A stretch of 63,360 nucleotides of DNA, counting the filler, from Thraustochytrium aureum (taxonomy: Eukaryota), in the NCBI GenBank assembly GCA_012862495.1. It is 6 parts of 3 records of this genome, joined end to end, with 100 filler letters (N's around TTAATTAATTAA, not from the genome) between each part and the next. Parts side by side here need not be neighbours in the genome. Positions count along the whole stretch, not along the records: positions 1 to 22,047 come from BLSG01000142.1; 5 more parts are not named here. One strand, written 5' to 3'. Shown here piece after piece: positions 1-11,337 of this stretch; within the stretch, counting starts at the first letter, position 1; each line of letters starts with the position of its first letter. Both the position numbers and the translations under genes were made by a program. The notes below the pieces were generated by a model. That model made no database searches. It saw nothing but the letters and a program-made list of their open reading frames with translations, and had not been told where the DNA came from.

Positions 1-1835
1 GGCCATGTCGGCCCCTGCTGGGCCCGCGCGCTCGGCCTGCGGGCTGGACCTTGGCCGTGCTGCGGCTTGCTGGGCCCGCTCATGGAGGTAGAGCTGCTGC
101 TCGAGCCACTCGAGGTTGTGGACTGGGATACGCCACTGCTTCGCTCGCGCTACCTTTTCGCCACTGTGGTCCTTGGAGATGAGGTGCGTCACGCGCGGCT
201 CGCGCGCCGTGAGCCGGTCCGTAAACTTTGCGCCAAGTTGGCTGCGCAGAGGAGAACGGAGAACGTTTACGGTACGTCAGCGGTGTGTCAGTCGGCACGA
301 GCGAGAGCGCGGGCAAGCGAAACAAGCAAAGCAGATCGGAGGCCGCTGACAGCAGGCGATTCGGTGCAAGCAAACGTACAGGGCAGTCTTTTGAACCTTG
401 GCCCTGTCCTGGTCGGTGTAGCGGCTGACGCAGATGAGCGCATTCGCAAAGTCGTTCCGCGGGGCAAGGTGCTGCGGCTTGAGCCGCGCTGGAGCAGCGC
501 GCGTCTTGGCCCTCCTGTTTTCCTTGCCCAGGTTTACGATGAATTTGTCCATGTCGAGCTTGTTAGCGCCCTCGAGAGCGGCCGAAGTCACAGGCGCCGC
601 CTCGACACGATGCTGCCTCATTGACTTGTGCCGCGGCGGCTGCGCGCCAGAGTCGCGAGCGCCGTCGCTCCCATTTCCCTTGGACGATTGAGGGACGATC
701 GTTGACTGGAGAACAGGCCTGACTCGACGCTTGCGCGCGGGGCGCTTGCCGGTCTTGAGGCAGGTGAGGATGAAGTCCATGTCGATGAAGACCAAGTCTG
801 GGTTGGCATTCCTGAGCTCTCCCACGTAGTCCTTGTTCGGCATGTTGCCTGCCAGGACGTGCGTGACGTGACGGTTCCACTCCCAGTACACCGTCGCGCC
901 CGTCGCCCGGACCAAGGTGAGGACGGTGCGCCACCGCTTGACGTCGAACCCAAGCAAGAAGATCGAGCAGGTTTCCAGCATGTCGTGAAAGGCGCCACTT
1001 TTCTGGAGCTCCTCGAGTGCCGCGAGCTCCTTGTCCATTTGGTCACGAAGTTGGCGCTCGCGCTCTTCTTGCAGCGCCTGCTGCTTTTGCAGCTCGGCCT
1101 CGCGCTGGCGCCGCTCCGCTGCGAGGTCTTCCTTCACTCTGGACAGCTCTGCGCTTTTGCGCGCTGCAGCTGCGGCTTGCGGTGACGGGCTGCAAACCGC
1201 AAACGAGGACTCGTCCACCCAGTGCAATGCTTTGACGCAGGCCCGAACCCACTCGAGGGAAACAATCTTCACGGCAGGCATGGGATTCACGGCGGTGGGC
1301 AGCGCGGCGTTTCCGTGACGTGCGGCCTGCGCAAGGTCGCCCTCGAGGCGGGCCGAGTCCTCTTGGTTCCACTTGCTGGCAGCCCTGCATTTTTCCCCGG
1401 TCGTCGACTCGGCGACGAGGTGCGTCGTCGTGTAGCGGACCAAGCTGCCAGAGTACTGGCCTCCGTGCTCCTTGACGGTGTCCATTATCCATTGACGCGT
1501 TTCTGGGGGGAAGCCTGTGACGCATACGGTGAGCCCATGGAACGCCCCACCCTGTACTCTTCAACTTTGAGTGGGGTGCCACTTGACACGCAGTCAATGA
1601 CCCACTCGGGCCTCACGACGGCAACGCCCCACTCGAGCGCGGCCCTGTACTTGTCGCTCCCGACGCTGGTCGCCACCAGCACGTTGGTCGTCTTGCTGAA
1701 GCTCCCGGAGTACATCCCGCCACCCTCGTGCACCATGGCCTTCACCTGCGCGCGCTGCTCTTCCACGAGCCCAGTGCTGCTCACCTCGAGCCCCACGAAG
1801 ACATGCCGCGCCATCGCGCGACCGCCTGCGTCCAT
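1..1835 (-). CDS. Multi-BRCT protein, TopBP1/Dpb11-like (runs off the left edge of the window)
   Basis: At least four BRCT-like repeats (GGMYSG..TNVLVA..W.IDC; GGQYSG..TTHLVA..WVRAC; GATVYW..VTHVL; GAKFTDRL..VTHLIS..WLE). ORFs 1485-1883 and 277-1485 join by restoring one base in the C4 run at 1545-1548. Intron 242-379 (GTACGT..GCAG) restores the last BRCT. Confidence 0.8.
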
Positions 1836-2958
1836 CTCGGCCAAGGTCCCTACGTGAGCACTAGCCCAGCCAGCAGCAGGCACCTAGGCTGCGCGCCCGA
1901 GGAGGTCACGTCACGGGCAGTTTGACCAGCGCCAGCTCGGTTCGGGCGGCGCCTGGGGGCTCAAGGCGCGACCGACCGCCTGGCGCTCGATGGATTGGGA
2001 GCGGCACAGTGGCGCAGTGGCGCAGTGGCTCGATCGATCGATCGGTCGATCGGATCGATCGGATCGACGAAGGAGCGCCCGGCCCGGACCGCAAGGGGAC
2101 CAGGCCGGCCCAGATTCAAACCTCGGACAAAAGACGCGACCCGCCGCCTGGACCGGCCAGCGCCGGCTCGCAACGAGCGCCTGGCGGCAGGAGCGCGCCT
2201 GCGGCACGCGGTAACCGCCCGGCGGTCCGAGGAGCGCCTGGCGCGTGCGAGGAGCGCCTGCAACCAGCTCAGCTCTGCCGTTTTTCAAATCAAATCTTGA
2301 ATTCAAAAAACAAAACAAAAAAACTCAACACTACACTATACTGAAACTCCATACTCACGGCCCAATTCAAAACTCGACTTGCGCCTGTCTCTCGCATATC
2401 AATATTGTAATTCAATACAATGATAGCTGCGAGGTGTGCACGAGGAGCTGGGCGAACGCGCAACGGGCTCGAGGACGCGGCGCGCGGGCGGGAAGCCCCA
2501 GGGACTCTGTTTCGTCGTGCGTGTGCGTGCGAGTGCGTGCGAGTGCGTGCGGCTGGNNGGTACGGCTGCTCGAAAGTGCGGCTCGGCGCNNNNNNNNNNN
2601 NNNNNNNNNNNNNNNNNNNNNNNNNNNNNNNNNNNNNNNNNNNNNNNNNNNNNNNNNNNNNNNNNNNNNNNNNNNNNNNNNNNNNNNNNNNNNNNNNNNN
2701 NNNNNNNNNNNNNNNNNNNNNNNNNNNNNNNNNNNNNNNNNNNNNNNNNNNNNNNNNNNNNNNNNNNNNNNNNNNNNNNNNNNNNNNNNNNNNNNNNNNN
2801 NNNNNNNNNNNNNNNNNNNNNNNNNNNNNNNNNNNNNNNNNNNNNNNNNNNNNNNNNNNNNNNNNNNNNNNNNNNNNNNNNNNNNNNNNNNNNNNNNNNN
2901 NNNNNNNNNNNNNNNNNNNNNNNNNNNNNNNNNNNNNNNGGCTCGGTTGGATTTTGTC

Positions 2959-4159
2959 ATGCCGGACATGCAACGCTCGACCGCGACGACGGTGGCGGCG
3001 GCTGCCGCTGCTGCTGCTGCGGTTGGGCCGCCGGGGCTGCGGCTGCTGTGGCGGTGCGGAGAGCGAGGGCGGCGAAGACGGGACGGGGCGGCGGGAATGC
3101 GCGCGCGACGGCGTTGGCTCGGGGTCGACGTCGGGGGGGACTGCGGTGAAGGTTGGCGTTGTGTCGCTGGATGGCGAGGTGCTGGCCAGGCAGTCGGTGC
3201 GCATCGAAGACAAGTCTTTGGATGGCGTCTGCGCGCTGATCGACCGCATGGCCCGCGCCTGCCTCGCTGAGGCGCGATTGTCGCTTGAGACCGACATTTT
3301 TGGCGCTGGCCTTTGCGTGCCGGGCTTGGTTGACTCGGCTGCAGGGCGCGTCAACTTTGCGGCCAACTTTCCAGAGTGGCCTCGCCCGGCCCCAATCGCT
3401 GACAATGTTTTCTCTAGACTGGGCATCCGGCCTGTGGTCGAAAAACGACGCAAACGTGGCACTGCTCGCAGAGGTTTGGCTGGGCGCCGCCAAGAGTTCT
3501 GCAAACGCGGTCATGCTAACGCTAGGGACCGGCGTGGGGTCTGCGATTGTCAGTGATGGCAAGCTACTGCGCGGCGCGCAGGGCATGGCCGGCGAGGTTG
3601 GCCACGCGTAAGTTCCAGGTTGTGCGCTGCCTTTCGAAGGGGCTTGCGCGCCGCTAACAACGGACCACCGCTGCACAGAATACTTCACCCAGGAGGTCGT
3701 CCATCAGCAAACACCGGGGTGCTCGGCATCGTTGAAGAGTATGTCTCGGCTCGTGCGGTTGGTGCCATTGGCGCAGAGCGCGCCGCCAGCGCTGCCCTGG
3801 GAGGCCGCCAGACGCGCTTGAGCGCGCTCGGGCGTGAGGTTTCCAGCAAAGACGTTTTCGACCTCGCCGCAGACGGCGACAGCGTGGCCAAGGAAGTTGT
3901 GCGCGAAACCGCGGACAACTTGGCAATTGTGTGCATTAACCTCGTGCGAACCCTTGATGCGAGCCACATCGTCCTTGGCGGGGGCCTCTGCGACGCGGGG
4001 CTTCCACTGCTCAATTTGGTGCGGGAGCGCTTTGCTCACCACCACTGGACTCTCGCTGCCCCCACGTGCAAGATCGAAATTGCGCATCTCGGCGCGCAGG
4101 CTGGTCTTGTTGGTGCGGCCTTCTTGGCGCACCCCGCCTCGCCAGGCGCGCCTTCGTGA
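2959..4159 (+). CDS. ROK-family sugar kinase (glucokinase/hexosamine kinase-like)
   Basis: Motifs LGVDVGGT, G.CVPG.VD, ENDAN..LAE, LTLGTGVG, GMAGEVGH, IVLGGG and AGLVGAA. Frameshifts at G7 (3133-3139) and A5 (3441-3445). Intron 3608-3678 (GTAAGT..CTAAC..CAG). Start is 2959 or 3097. Confidence 0.85.
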
Positions 4160-4243
4160 AGGGGAGGGGGCCACTTTCGGCCCAGGTAGACTAACTAGCT
4201 TTGACTTGAGTGTCAGAGCCTTGCGGCAACGGTTCGTCGGTAA

Positions 4244-4343
4244 GGCTCAGCGAACCGAATGCGGCGAGCAAGGCGATTGCGGCTCAGCGAAGCGAAAGCG
4301 GCGAGCGAGGCGATTGCGGCTCAGCGAAACGAAAGCGGCGAGC
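4244..4343. repeat. Tandem repeat, 37-bp unit, about 2.5 copies
   Basis: gcggcgagc(a/g)aggcgattgcggctcagcgaa(g/a)cgaaa repeated head to tail. Confidence 0.8.
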
Positions 4344-5160
4344 GTCGCAGGCTTCTGCACTCCCTGCAACCGCCCCACGCTCTCCAAGCGCCAACTAGAC
4401 GCCCAAGGGCCGCGGCGTTCCATCGGGGCCGCATGCAACGAACGTCTTCGACCCCTGTGTTTTAAAATTAAAAAGGGGGAGTGCCAACTGATCATGGCTG
4501 TCGCTTGAGTTTCCAACTCGGCGAGGCCTCCTTCGTTGCTTTCACGATTGGCGCTTGGGGCCAGCAGGCAATTGATAAGCGGCAGCTTGGGAACCAAGTT
4601 GCCTTGGCCGACCAACCCCGTCGGCCCGCAAGCTGGATTCCAAGCAACCATCCACCGGCCCCAGCACGGGCGGCCCCGCATCAATCCTCCGCCACCCCGC
4701 CACGGGCGGCTCCGCATCAATCCTCCGCCATCCCACCCCATCGAGCACGACCTCGGCGACTNNNNNNNNNNNNNNNNNNNNNNNNNNNNNNNNNNNNNNN
4801 NNNNNNNNNNNNNNNNNNNNNNNNNNNNNNNNNNNNNNNNNNNNNNNNNNNNNNNNNNNNNNNNNNNNNNNNNNNNNNNNNNNNNNNNNNNNNNNNNNNN
4901 NNNNNNNNNNNNNNNNNNNNNNNNNNNNNNNNNNNNNNNNNNNNNNNNNNNNNNNNNNNNNNNNNNNNNNNNNNNNNNNNNNNNNNNNNNNNNNNNNNNN
5001 NNNNNNNNNNNNNNNNNNNNNNNNNNNNNNNNNNNNNCAAGCCTGCGGGGACCGACGGGAAGGGGTGGCGGCTGGGCTAGCACCGGCGCTACAAAGGGCG
5101 ACGGGAAGGCTCGACCTGGGACGAACGAAGGAAGGCGCAACGGCGCGGCCGCCAGGGACG

Positions 5161-6021
5161 ATGGCGACCAATGTGGAGCTGATCAGGCTGGAGCCGGACA
5201 CGATTACCTTCGATATGAGCGAGAAGGAGCCCACGGTGACCCTCCGCGTCCACAACACGTCCGAGAAGGTGGTCGCGTTCAAAGTGAAGACGACCCACCC
5301 GAAGCGGTACCTGGTGCGGCCAAACCACGTGATCCCGGTGGGCGGGACCTCGACCGTCAAGATCAGCCTCCACATCAAGGACGCCAAGCAGCTCCGGCAG
5401 GAACGCATCTCGGGGACCTCCAACCTCGGCAAGGACTGCAAGGAGAACAAGTTCCTCGTGCAGTGCGTAGTAGTGAAGGAGTCTATGCTGGCCGAGGTGG
5501 AGGAGCTCCACGCGAGCGGGGCCAGCAAGGAGCTGGGCAACTTGCTGAAGAAAATGTGGACCGAGACCACGCGCGACGAGTTTGTCAACAAAAAGCTCAC
5601 CTGCTTCTTCGAGTACCCCGAGGACGTTGGCGTGCTCATCAAGGTAAACCAAATCGAAAACGCCGAGGTGCCGTTTCCGCTCGAGCTCGGGGCGGACAGC
5701 CACAAGGGCAGCGCAATGCCCGAGGGTTCAGGAGCGGACGACATCGTGGAGCTCCGCAAAAAGTACAACGAGCTGATCAATTTTACTGTGCAACTCACGG
5801 CGGAGCGGGACCGCTTCAAGGCCAACCTCAAGGACGCGACCAAGGAGCTCCAGCTGCTCAAGAAGGGACAGCAAGCCAAGGTTTCTAGTGTGCGCAGCAT
5901 GGACGAGTCGGCGTCGGCGGGCGGCACTCTCGTCAACGACAGCGTGGCGGGCGCCTTTTCGCTCTGGCAAATCATGCTCGTCGCGGTCATCGCTTTCATC
6001 ATGGGTCGCCTCCTCATGTAG
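5161..6021 (+). CDS. VAP: VAMP-associated protein (VAP/Scs2 family: MSP domain, coiled coil, C-terminal TM)
   Basis: VAFKVKTTHPKRYLVRPN signature, NKFLVQC, a coiled coil and the tail anchor FSLWQIMLVAVIAFIMGRLLM. Confidence 0.9.
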   Translation: MATNVELIRLEPDTITFDMSEKEPTVTLRVHNTSEKVVAFKVKTTHPKRYLVRPNHVIPVGGTSTVKISLHIKDAKQLRQERISGTSNLGKDCKENKFLVQCVVVKESMLAEVEELHASGASKELGNLLKKMWTETTRDEFVNKKLTCFFEYPEDVGVLIKVNQIENAEVPFPLELGADSHKGSAMPEGSGADDIVELRKKYNELINFTVQLTAERDRFKANLKDATKELQLLKKGQQAKVSSVRSMDESASAGGTLVNDSVAGAFSLWQIMLVAVIAFIMGRLLM

Positions 6022-6122
6022 ACAGAAACAAACGGCCTACTCGCCACATGATCCCTTCGCCCTTGCGCGCCTTGCACAATCTGCGAGCGAGGGAAGCGAG
6101 CGATCCCCGCGCTGCTAGTTAG

Positions 6123-6761
6123 CTTGGCCTCCAGCGAATCGAAGAGGGCTTTGACCCGAGCAATGCGCAAGTGCGAGATGAAGCAGTTCGCAACTTTCGT
6201 GCCGCCAGAGTGTCTGAAGATTTGACGACGGTGCCTGGAATCGGCCCTGCAACTCAAAATAAGCTACGCCGTGCTGGTGTCACCACGACCTACCAGCTCC
6301 TTGGCGTGTTTCTCATGCTCAAAGGGCAGGGCGTGTCGCAGAGAGATCACTGCAATGCAATGTGGTTTTGGCTCAAGAAGCACGGGGTTTCTGCCTTTCG
6401 CGCTGGGATTGTTCAGTGCCTGGCTGAGAAACTCAACATTATGATCCCAGGAATTTACGACGCCGAGGAGTGGAGTGTGGCGCCGTCGAGTACAACTCAA
6501 AGGAGCCCGACAACTCTCTCTCCTCCGATTCCCACGGACCAGAACGAACCTGCTCTGGAGCCCAGCCCGACCAGCGACAAAGACAGTCAGCCTCACTCTT
6601 TGGGCTCGGCCAGCCTCGCATCGGCTCCGGTTCCCACGGACCGGAAAGAAGATGTTCTGGCGCCAAGCCCTACGAGCGACAAGGACATTCAGCCAGAGTC
6701 TTTTGGCCCGGTCATGCTCGCCATGTTCGTCGCCTTCATCCTGCGCTACCTCTTCATCTAG
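6123..6761 (+). CDS. BAF (barrier-to-autointegration factor)-like HhH domain, duplicated P/S/T-rich linker and C-terminal TM; 5' end unresolved
   Basis: VPGIG..KL..G...YQLLGVFLMLK...WLK..G...CLAE aligns by eye with the BAF pattern (GIG..KL..G...Y..LGQFLVLK...WLK..G...CL.E). Hydrophobic tail VMLAMFVAFILRYLFI. The frame is open from 6123, after an in-frame TAG at 6120. Confidence 0.7.
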   Translation, partial: LGLQRIEEGFDPSNAQVRDEAVRNFRAARVSEDLTTVPGIGPATQNKLRRAGVTTTYQLLGVFLMLKGQGVSQRDHCNAMWFWLKKHGVSAFRAGIVQCLAEKLNIMIPGIYDAEEWSVAPSSTTQRSPTTLSPPIPTDQNEPALEPSPTSDKDSQPHSLGSASLASAPVPTDRKEDVLAPSPTSDKDIQPESFGPVMLAMFVAFILRYLFI

Positions 6762-7958
6762 ACTGGGGCACGCTAAACGTCTCGCACCCGAACGCAACAA
6801 AACCGCCACGCACACTCGCTCTTTCCGTTGTCCTTCTCGACGCAGAACGTGACGTTCGTCCTTCGTCCTTGTGGCTTGCTTTGCTTCCAGGTCTGGCGTA
6901 CTCTACAATAGTCGCATGGAAGCAGTGTAGGTCCTGCCGGCCAACTCGAGCCGGGCATCGCGGCGCGCCAGTGCCCGCACCAGCTCCAACCATTCTTCGA
7001 TGACAAGCGCTGACCAGAATCACGTCGACAGCAGCGTCATCCGCTCGTCATCGACAGCAACCTTCACCCGTACCGATTGATCCCAGTTCGGGCACAACAT
7101 CAAATGAAACAAAGCACCACAGCATCATTCAGCGCAGTCGCCAGTGGCATCACACACCGTTGAGCACTTGCAAACTTGTTGCAACCAATCCCCTTCGTCG
7201 TCCATCGGAGCCGATGCTCGCACGCCTCGAGCGAGCACCCCAGCATNNNNNNNNNNNNNNNNNNNNNNNNNNNNNNNNNNNNNNNNNNNNNNNNNNNNNN
7301 NNNNNNNNNNNNNNNNNNNNNNNNNNNNNNNNNNNNNNNNNNNNNNNNNNNNNNNNNNNNNNNNNNNNNNNNNNNNNNNNNNNNNNNNNNNNNNNNNNNN
7401 NNNNNNNNNNNNNNNNNNNNNNNNNNNNNNNNNNNNNNNNNNNNNNNNNNNNNNNNNNNNNNNNNNNNNNNNNNNNNNNNNNNNNNNNNNNNNNNNNNNN
7501 NNNNNNNNNNNNNNNNNNNNNNNNNNNNNNNNNNNNNNNNNNNNNNNNNNNNNNNNNNNNNNNNNNNNNNNNNNNNNNNNNNNNNNNNNNNNNNNNNNNN
7601 NNNNNNNNNNNNNNNNNNNNNNNNNNNNNNNNNNNNNNNNNNNNNNNNNNNNNNNNNNNNNNNNNNNNTGCTCGCGCATCCTCCAAACACCCTGGGGAAT
7701 TCGCACGTCGCCCATCATCGCGCCCTCGGAGCCTCGGTAGATCCTCCGGTGCGTAACGGAAGCCCGCGTGACAGTTAGTCCTCGAAAGACGCTCTTCGCG
7801 GACAGTTGCAGCTCGAAAGTTCTCCTTCGCGAGCAGAGCAGAGCCGAGTTGGTTGCAGCCGCGGCAGAGCAAGCAGCAAGGAGCCTCGCAGGACGCGCAG
7901 GACACGCAGGACGCGCAGGAGTCGGGGCGCTGTAGGCCAGGGCAGGAGCTGCTGAAGG

Positions 7959-8681
<723 letters not shown>

Positions 8682-8961
8682 GCAGCTAGGGCTGTCCGAG
8701 GCAATGCGCTGGGTGTGCTGTTCTACGCCGTGCCCTCGCGCTGGGCCGGTTGGGCCGCTGCGCTGTCGCCGTGACGAGCTCGGCAATCAAGTATCAGTGA
8801 TTTAAAAAACCCGCTTGGCCTTTTCGTTCCTTCGTGCAGCCTCGCCTCTCTTGCGCCCGCCGGTAGCGGTCCCAGTCATACTAGTCAATCCTTGGGGCAG
8901 CGGTGCTAGCGAGGGCCGCGAGCGAGGGCGCCAGCGCCGCCAGGTCTGGCGGTCACCCACC

Positions 8962-9818
8962 CTAAGAGAGTGCCGTGCCGGAGACAACCGCGAGCGAGGG
9001 CGCCAACTCTGCCAGGTCTGGCGGTTGGCCCACAAAGGAAAACGCTCGCTCAACGCGCACCTTTTGCACAGGGCGGTCTTGCGCGTCAGTCGCAACTTGG
9101 CCGATGCGCTGAACGACGCGCATTCCCGCCGCGACGCGCCCAAAAATGGTGTGCTTGCCATCTAGCCAGGGGCACGGCGCGAGGGTGACAAAAAACTGCG
9201 AGCCGTTCGTCCCCGGCCCCGAGTTGGCCATGGACAGGATGCCGGCGCCCGTGTGCTTGAGCGCCGGCGTGATCTCGTCGTCAAAGTGCCCTCCCCACAC
9301 AGACTTGCCGCCGCGACCCGTCCCTGTGGGGTCGCCCGCCTGCGCCATGAACCCCTTGATCACGCGGTGAAACTCGGTCCCGTCATAGTACCCCTTGTCT
9401 GCAAGGCCAACCATGTTTTCGCAAGCCTGCGGGGCGTGGTCCCAGTACAGCTCGAAGGCGAGCGGGCCCTACCCGAGATTGATTGCGAACCACAACAAGT
9501 CAGCTCGCTCCTTCCCTTCCACTCCAACGCACCCCTCACGCCAGCGAGCAAAGCCAAACGCCGCCGACACGCGCCCGCCGCTGCAAGACCAGCCCGAGCC
9601 ACAACACGGGTCTCGGCACGCTGTGCTGGCGCGCGAGCCTCGGCGCGCAGGACGTGGCAGGTCCGCAAGCCCGATCCTGCGCGCTCGACCGAAGCCGTGC
9701 GTCTCTCCGCGCGCCTCGCAGTGCAGCAGTGCCAGCAGCGTCGACGCAGACTTACCATGTTGGTCACGAGGACCACGCCCCCTTCGCGCGGCGCAGCATC
9801 GCGCGGCGCAGCAGCCAT
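8962..9818 (-). CDS. PPIL1: Cyclophilin-type PPIase, PPIL1-like, 2 exons
   Basis: VVLVTNM|GPLAFELYWDHAP..GYY.GT.FHRVI..GDPTGTGRGG..LSMANSGPGTNGSQFF..WLDGKHTIFGRV. Intron 9469-9755 (GTAAGT..TAG). Confidence 0.9.
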
Positions 9819-10769
9819 CGCGGCGGTCGTGGACTGCGCCAAACCAACAAAAACCAGACAGAAACCGCACTCGAAAGAAGTGCAAACAAGCACGACCGAG
9901 TCAACGCGAGCAAAATCAAGTCCACTCGCGCGGGCCGCAGCATTCAAGCCAATGGCTAAAGTAAGAAAGGACTAACGCCGCCCGCGGCGCTAAGCTCTGC
10001 GCTTGCGCCTAGGTCTCCAAGCGAGGTGGGAGGCGCTGTACAGGTTGCGCGGCAAAAAAAAAGGCGGCAGAGCTGCCGGCGCGGCGGCCCCACTTCCCGC
10101 CCAGGCCTGGGCCGCAGGAGCGTCGCTGCTACAAACGGCGACTTNNNNNNNNNNNNNNNNNNNNNNNNNNNNNNNNNNNNNNNNNNNNNNNNNNNNNNNN
10201 NNNNNNNNNNNNNNNNNNNNNNNNNNNNNNNNNNNNNNNNNNNNNNNNNNNNNNNNNNNNNNNNNNNNNNNNNNNNNNNNNNNNNNNNNNNNNNNNNNNN
10301 NNNNNNNNNNNNNNNNNNNNNNNNNNNNNNNNNNNNNNNNNNNNNNNNNNNNNNNNNNNNNNNNNNNNNNNNNNNNNNNNNNNNNNNNNNNNNNNNNNNN
10401 NNNNNNNNNNNNNNNNNNNNNNNNNNNNNNNNNNNNNNNNNNNNNNNNNNNNNNNNNNNNNNNNNNNNNNNNNNNNNNNNNNNNNNNNNNNNNNNNNNNN
10501 NNNNNNNNNNNNNNNNNNNNNNNNNNNNNNNNNNNNNNNNNNNNNNNNNNNNNNNNNNNNNNNNNNNNNNNNNNNNNNNNNNNNNNNNNNNNNNNNNNNN
10601 NNNNNNNNNNNNNNNNNNNNNNNNNNNNNNNNNNNNNNNNNNNNNNNNNNNNNNNNNNNNNNNNNNNNNNNNNNNNNNNNNNNNNNNNNNNNNNNNNNNN
10701 NNNNNNNNNNNNNNNNNNNNNNNNNNNNNNNNNNNNNNNNNNNNNNNNNNNNNNNNNNNNNNNNNNNNN

Positions 10770-10951
10770 GGCAAGTGCTTGAACACCTGCTCGCTTTGCG
10801 CCTTGAGCAGCGCGGTCAGCTCGCTGTCGAGCATGACCGCGTCCAGCTGGCTCACGCGGGTCACATCGAGCTTGCCCGCGCCAGCGTCCAGCCGTCTCCT
10901 GACGCTCGTGCCAACGCGCTGGAGCTCGCTTTCGAGCTCCGCGGTCCACAT
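10770..10951 (-). CDS. PEX2: Peroxin PEX2, N-terminal fragment (rest lies in the gap)
   Basis: RVSQLDAVMLDSELTALL matches the PEX2 N-terminal R(V/I)xQLDAxxLDxEL motif. Confidence 0.8.
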
Positions 10952-11337
10952 GGTGCAGGCGGCCACCGCAGCTGCCGAAAAAACAACCCACCACCAACGC
11001 CCACCAAAGCCAAGGGCCAGCGACTGGCGCTCCCGCGACAGCCAAGGGCCAGCGTGTCGGCGCTCTCGAGCCCGACCCGGACGCGCCTGAGCTCGCCGGC
11101 TTGCGCCGAGATGGCGCCGATGGGGCTATGGTTGTCCCGGATTTCCCAGCTTGTCTCAGGGTCGACCATGCCCAGAGCTCGAACGCGCCAGCAAGCCCTC
11201 TCGGCCGCTCGCGAGTGCCTGCAGGTCGCGTGGACTGCTCGCGGTGGCCTGCCAGACGCTCCCGGTCGGCGCCCGCTGCGCGAGGTCAGCGGCGGGCTTG
11301 CGTTTTCGGTCTTGGCAAGCGCGGGGTTGTTTTGGCC

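Noticed and set aside
1480..1490. Overlapping TAATG stop-start between two BRCT ORFs suggesting translational coupling
   Set aside because: One restored base at 1545-1548 gives a continuous BRCT reading (AFHGLTVCVTGFPPETRQWIMD).
4244..4343. 37-bp repeats as a CRISPR array
   Set aside because: The units are contiguous with no unique spacers, no cas genes are nearby, and the context is eukaryotic.
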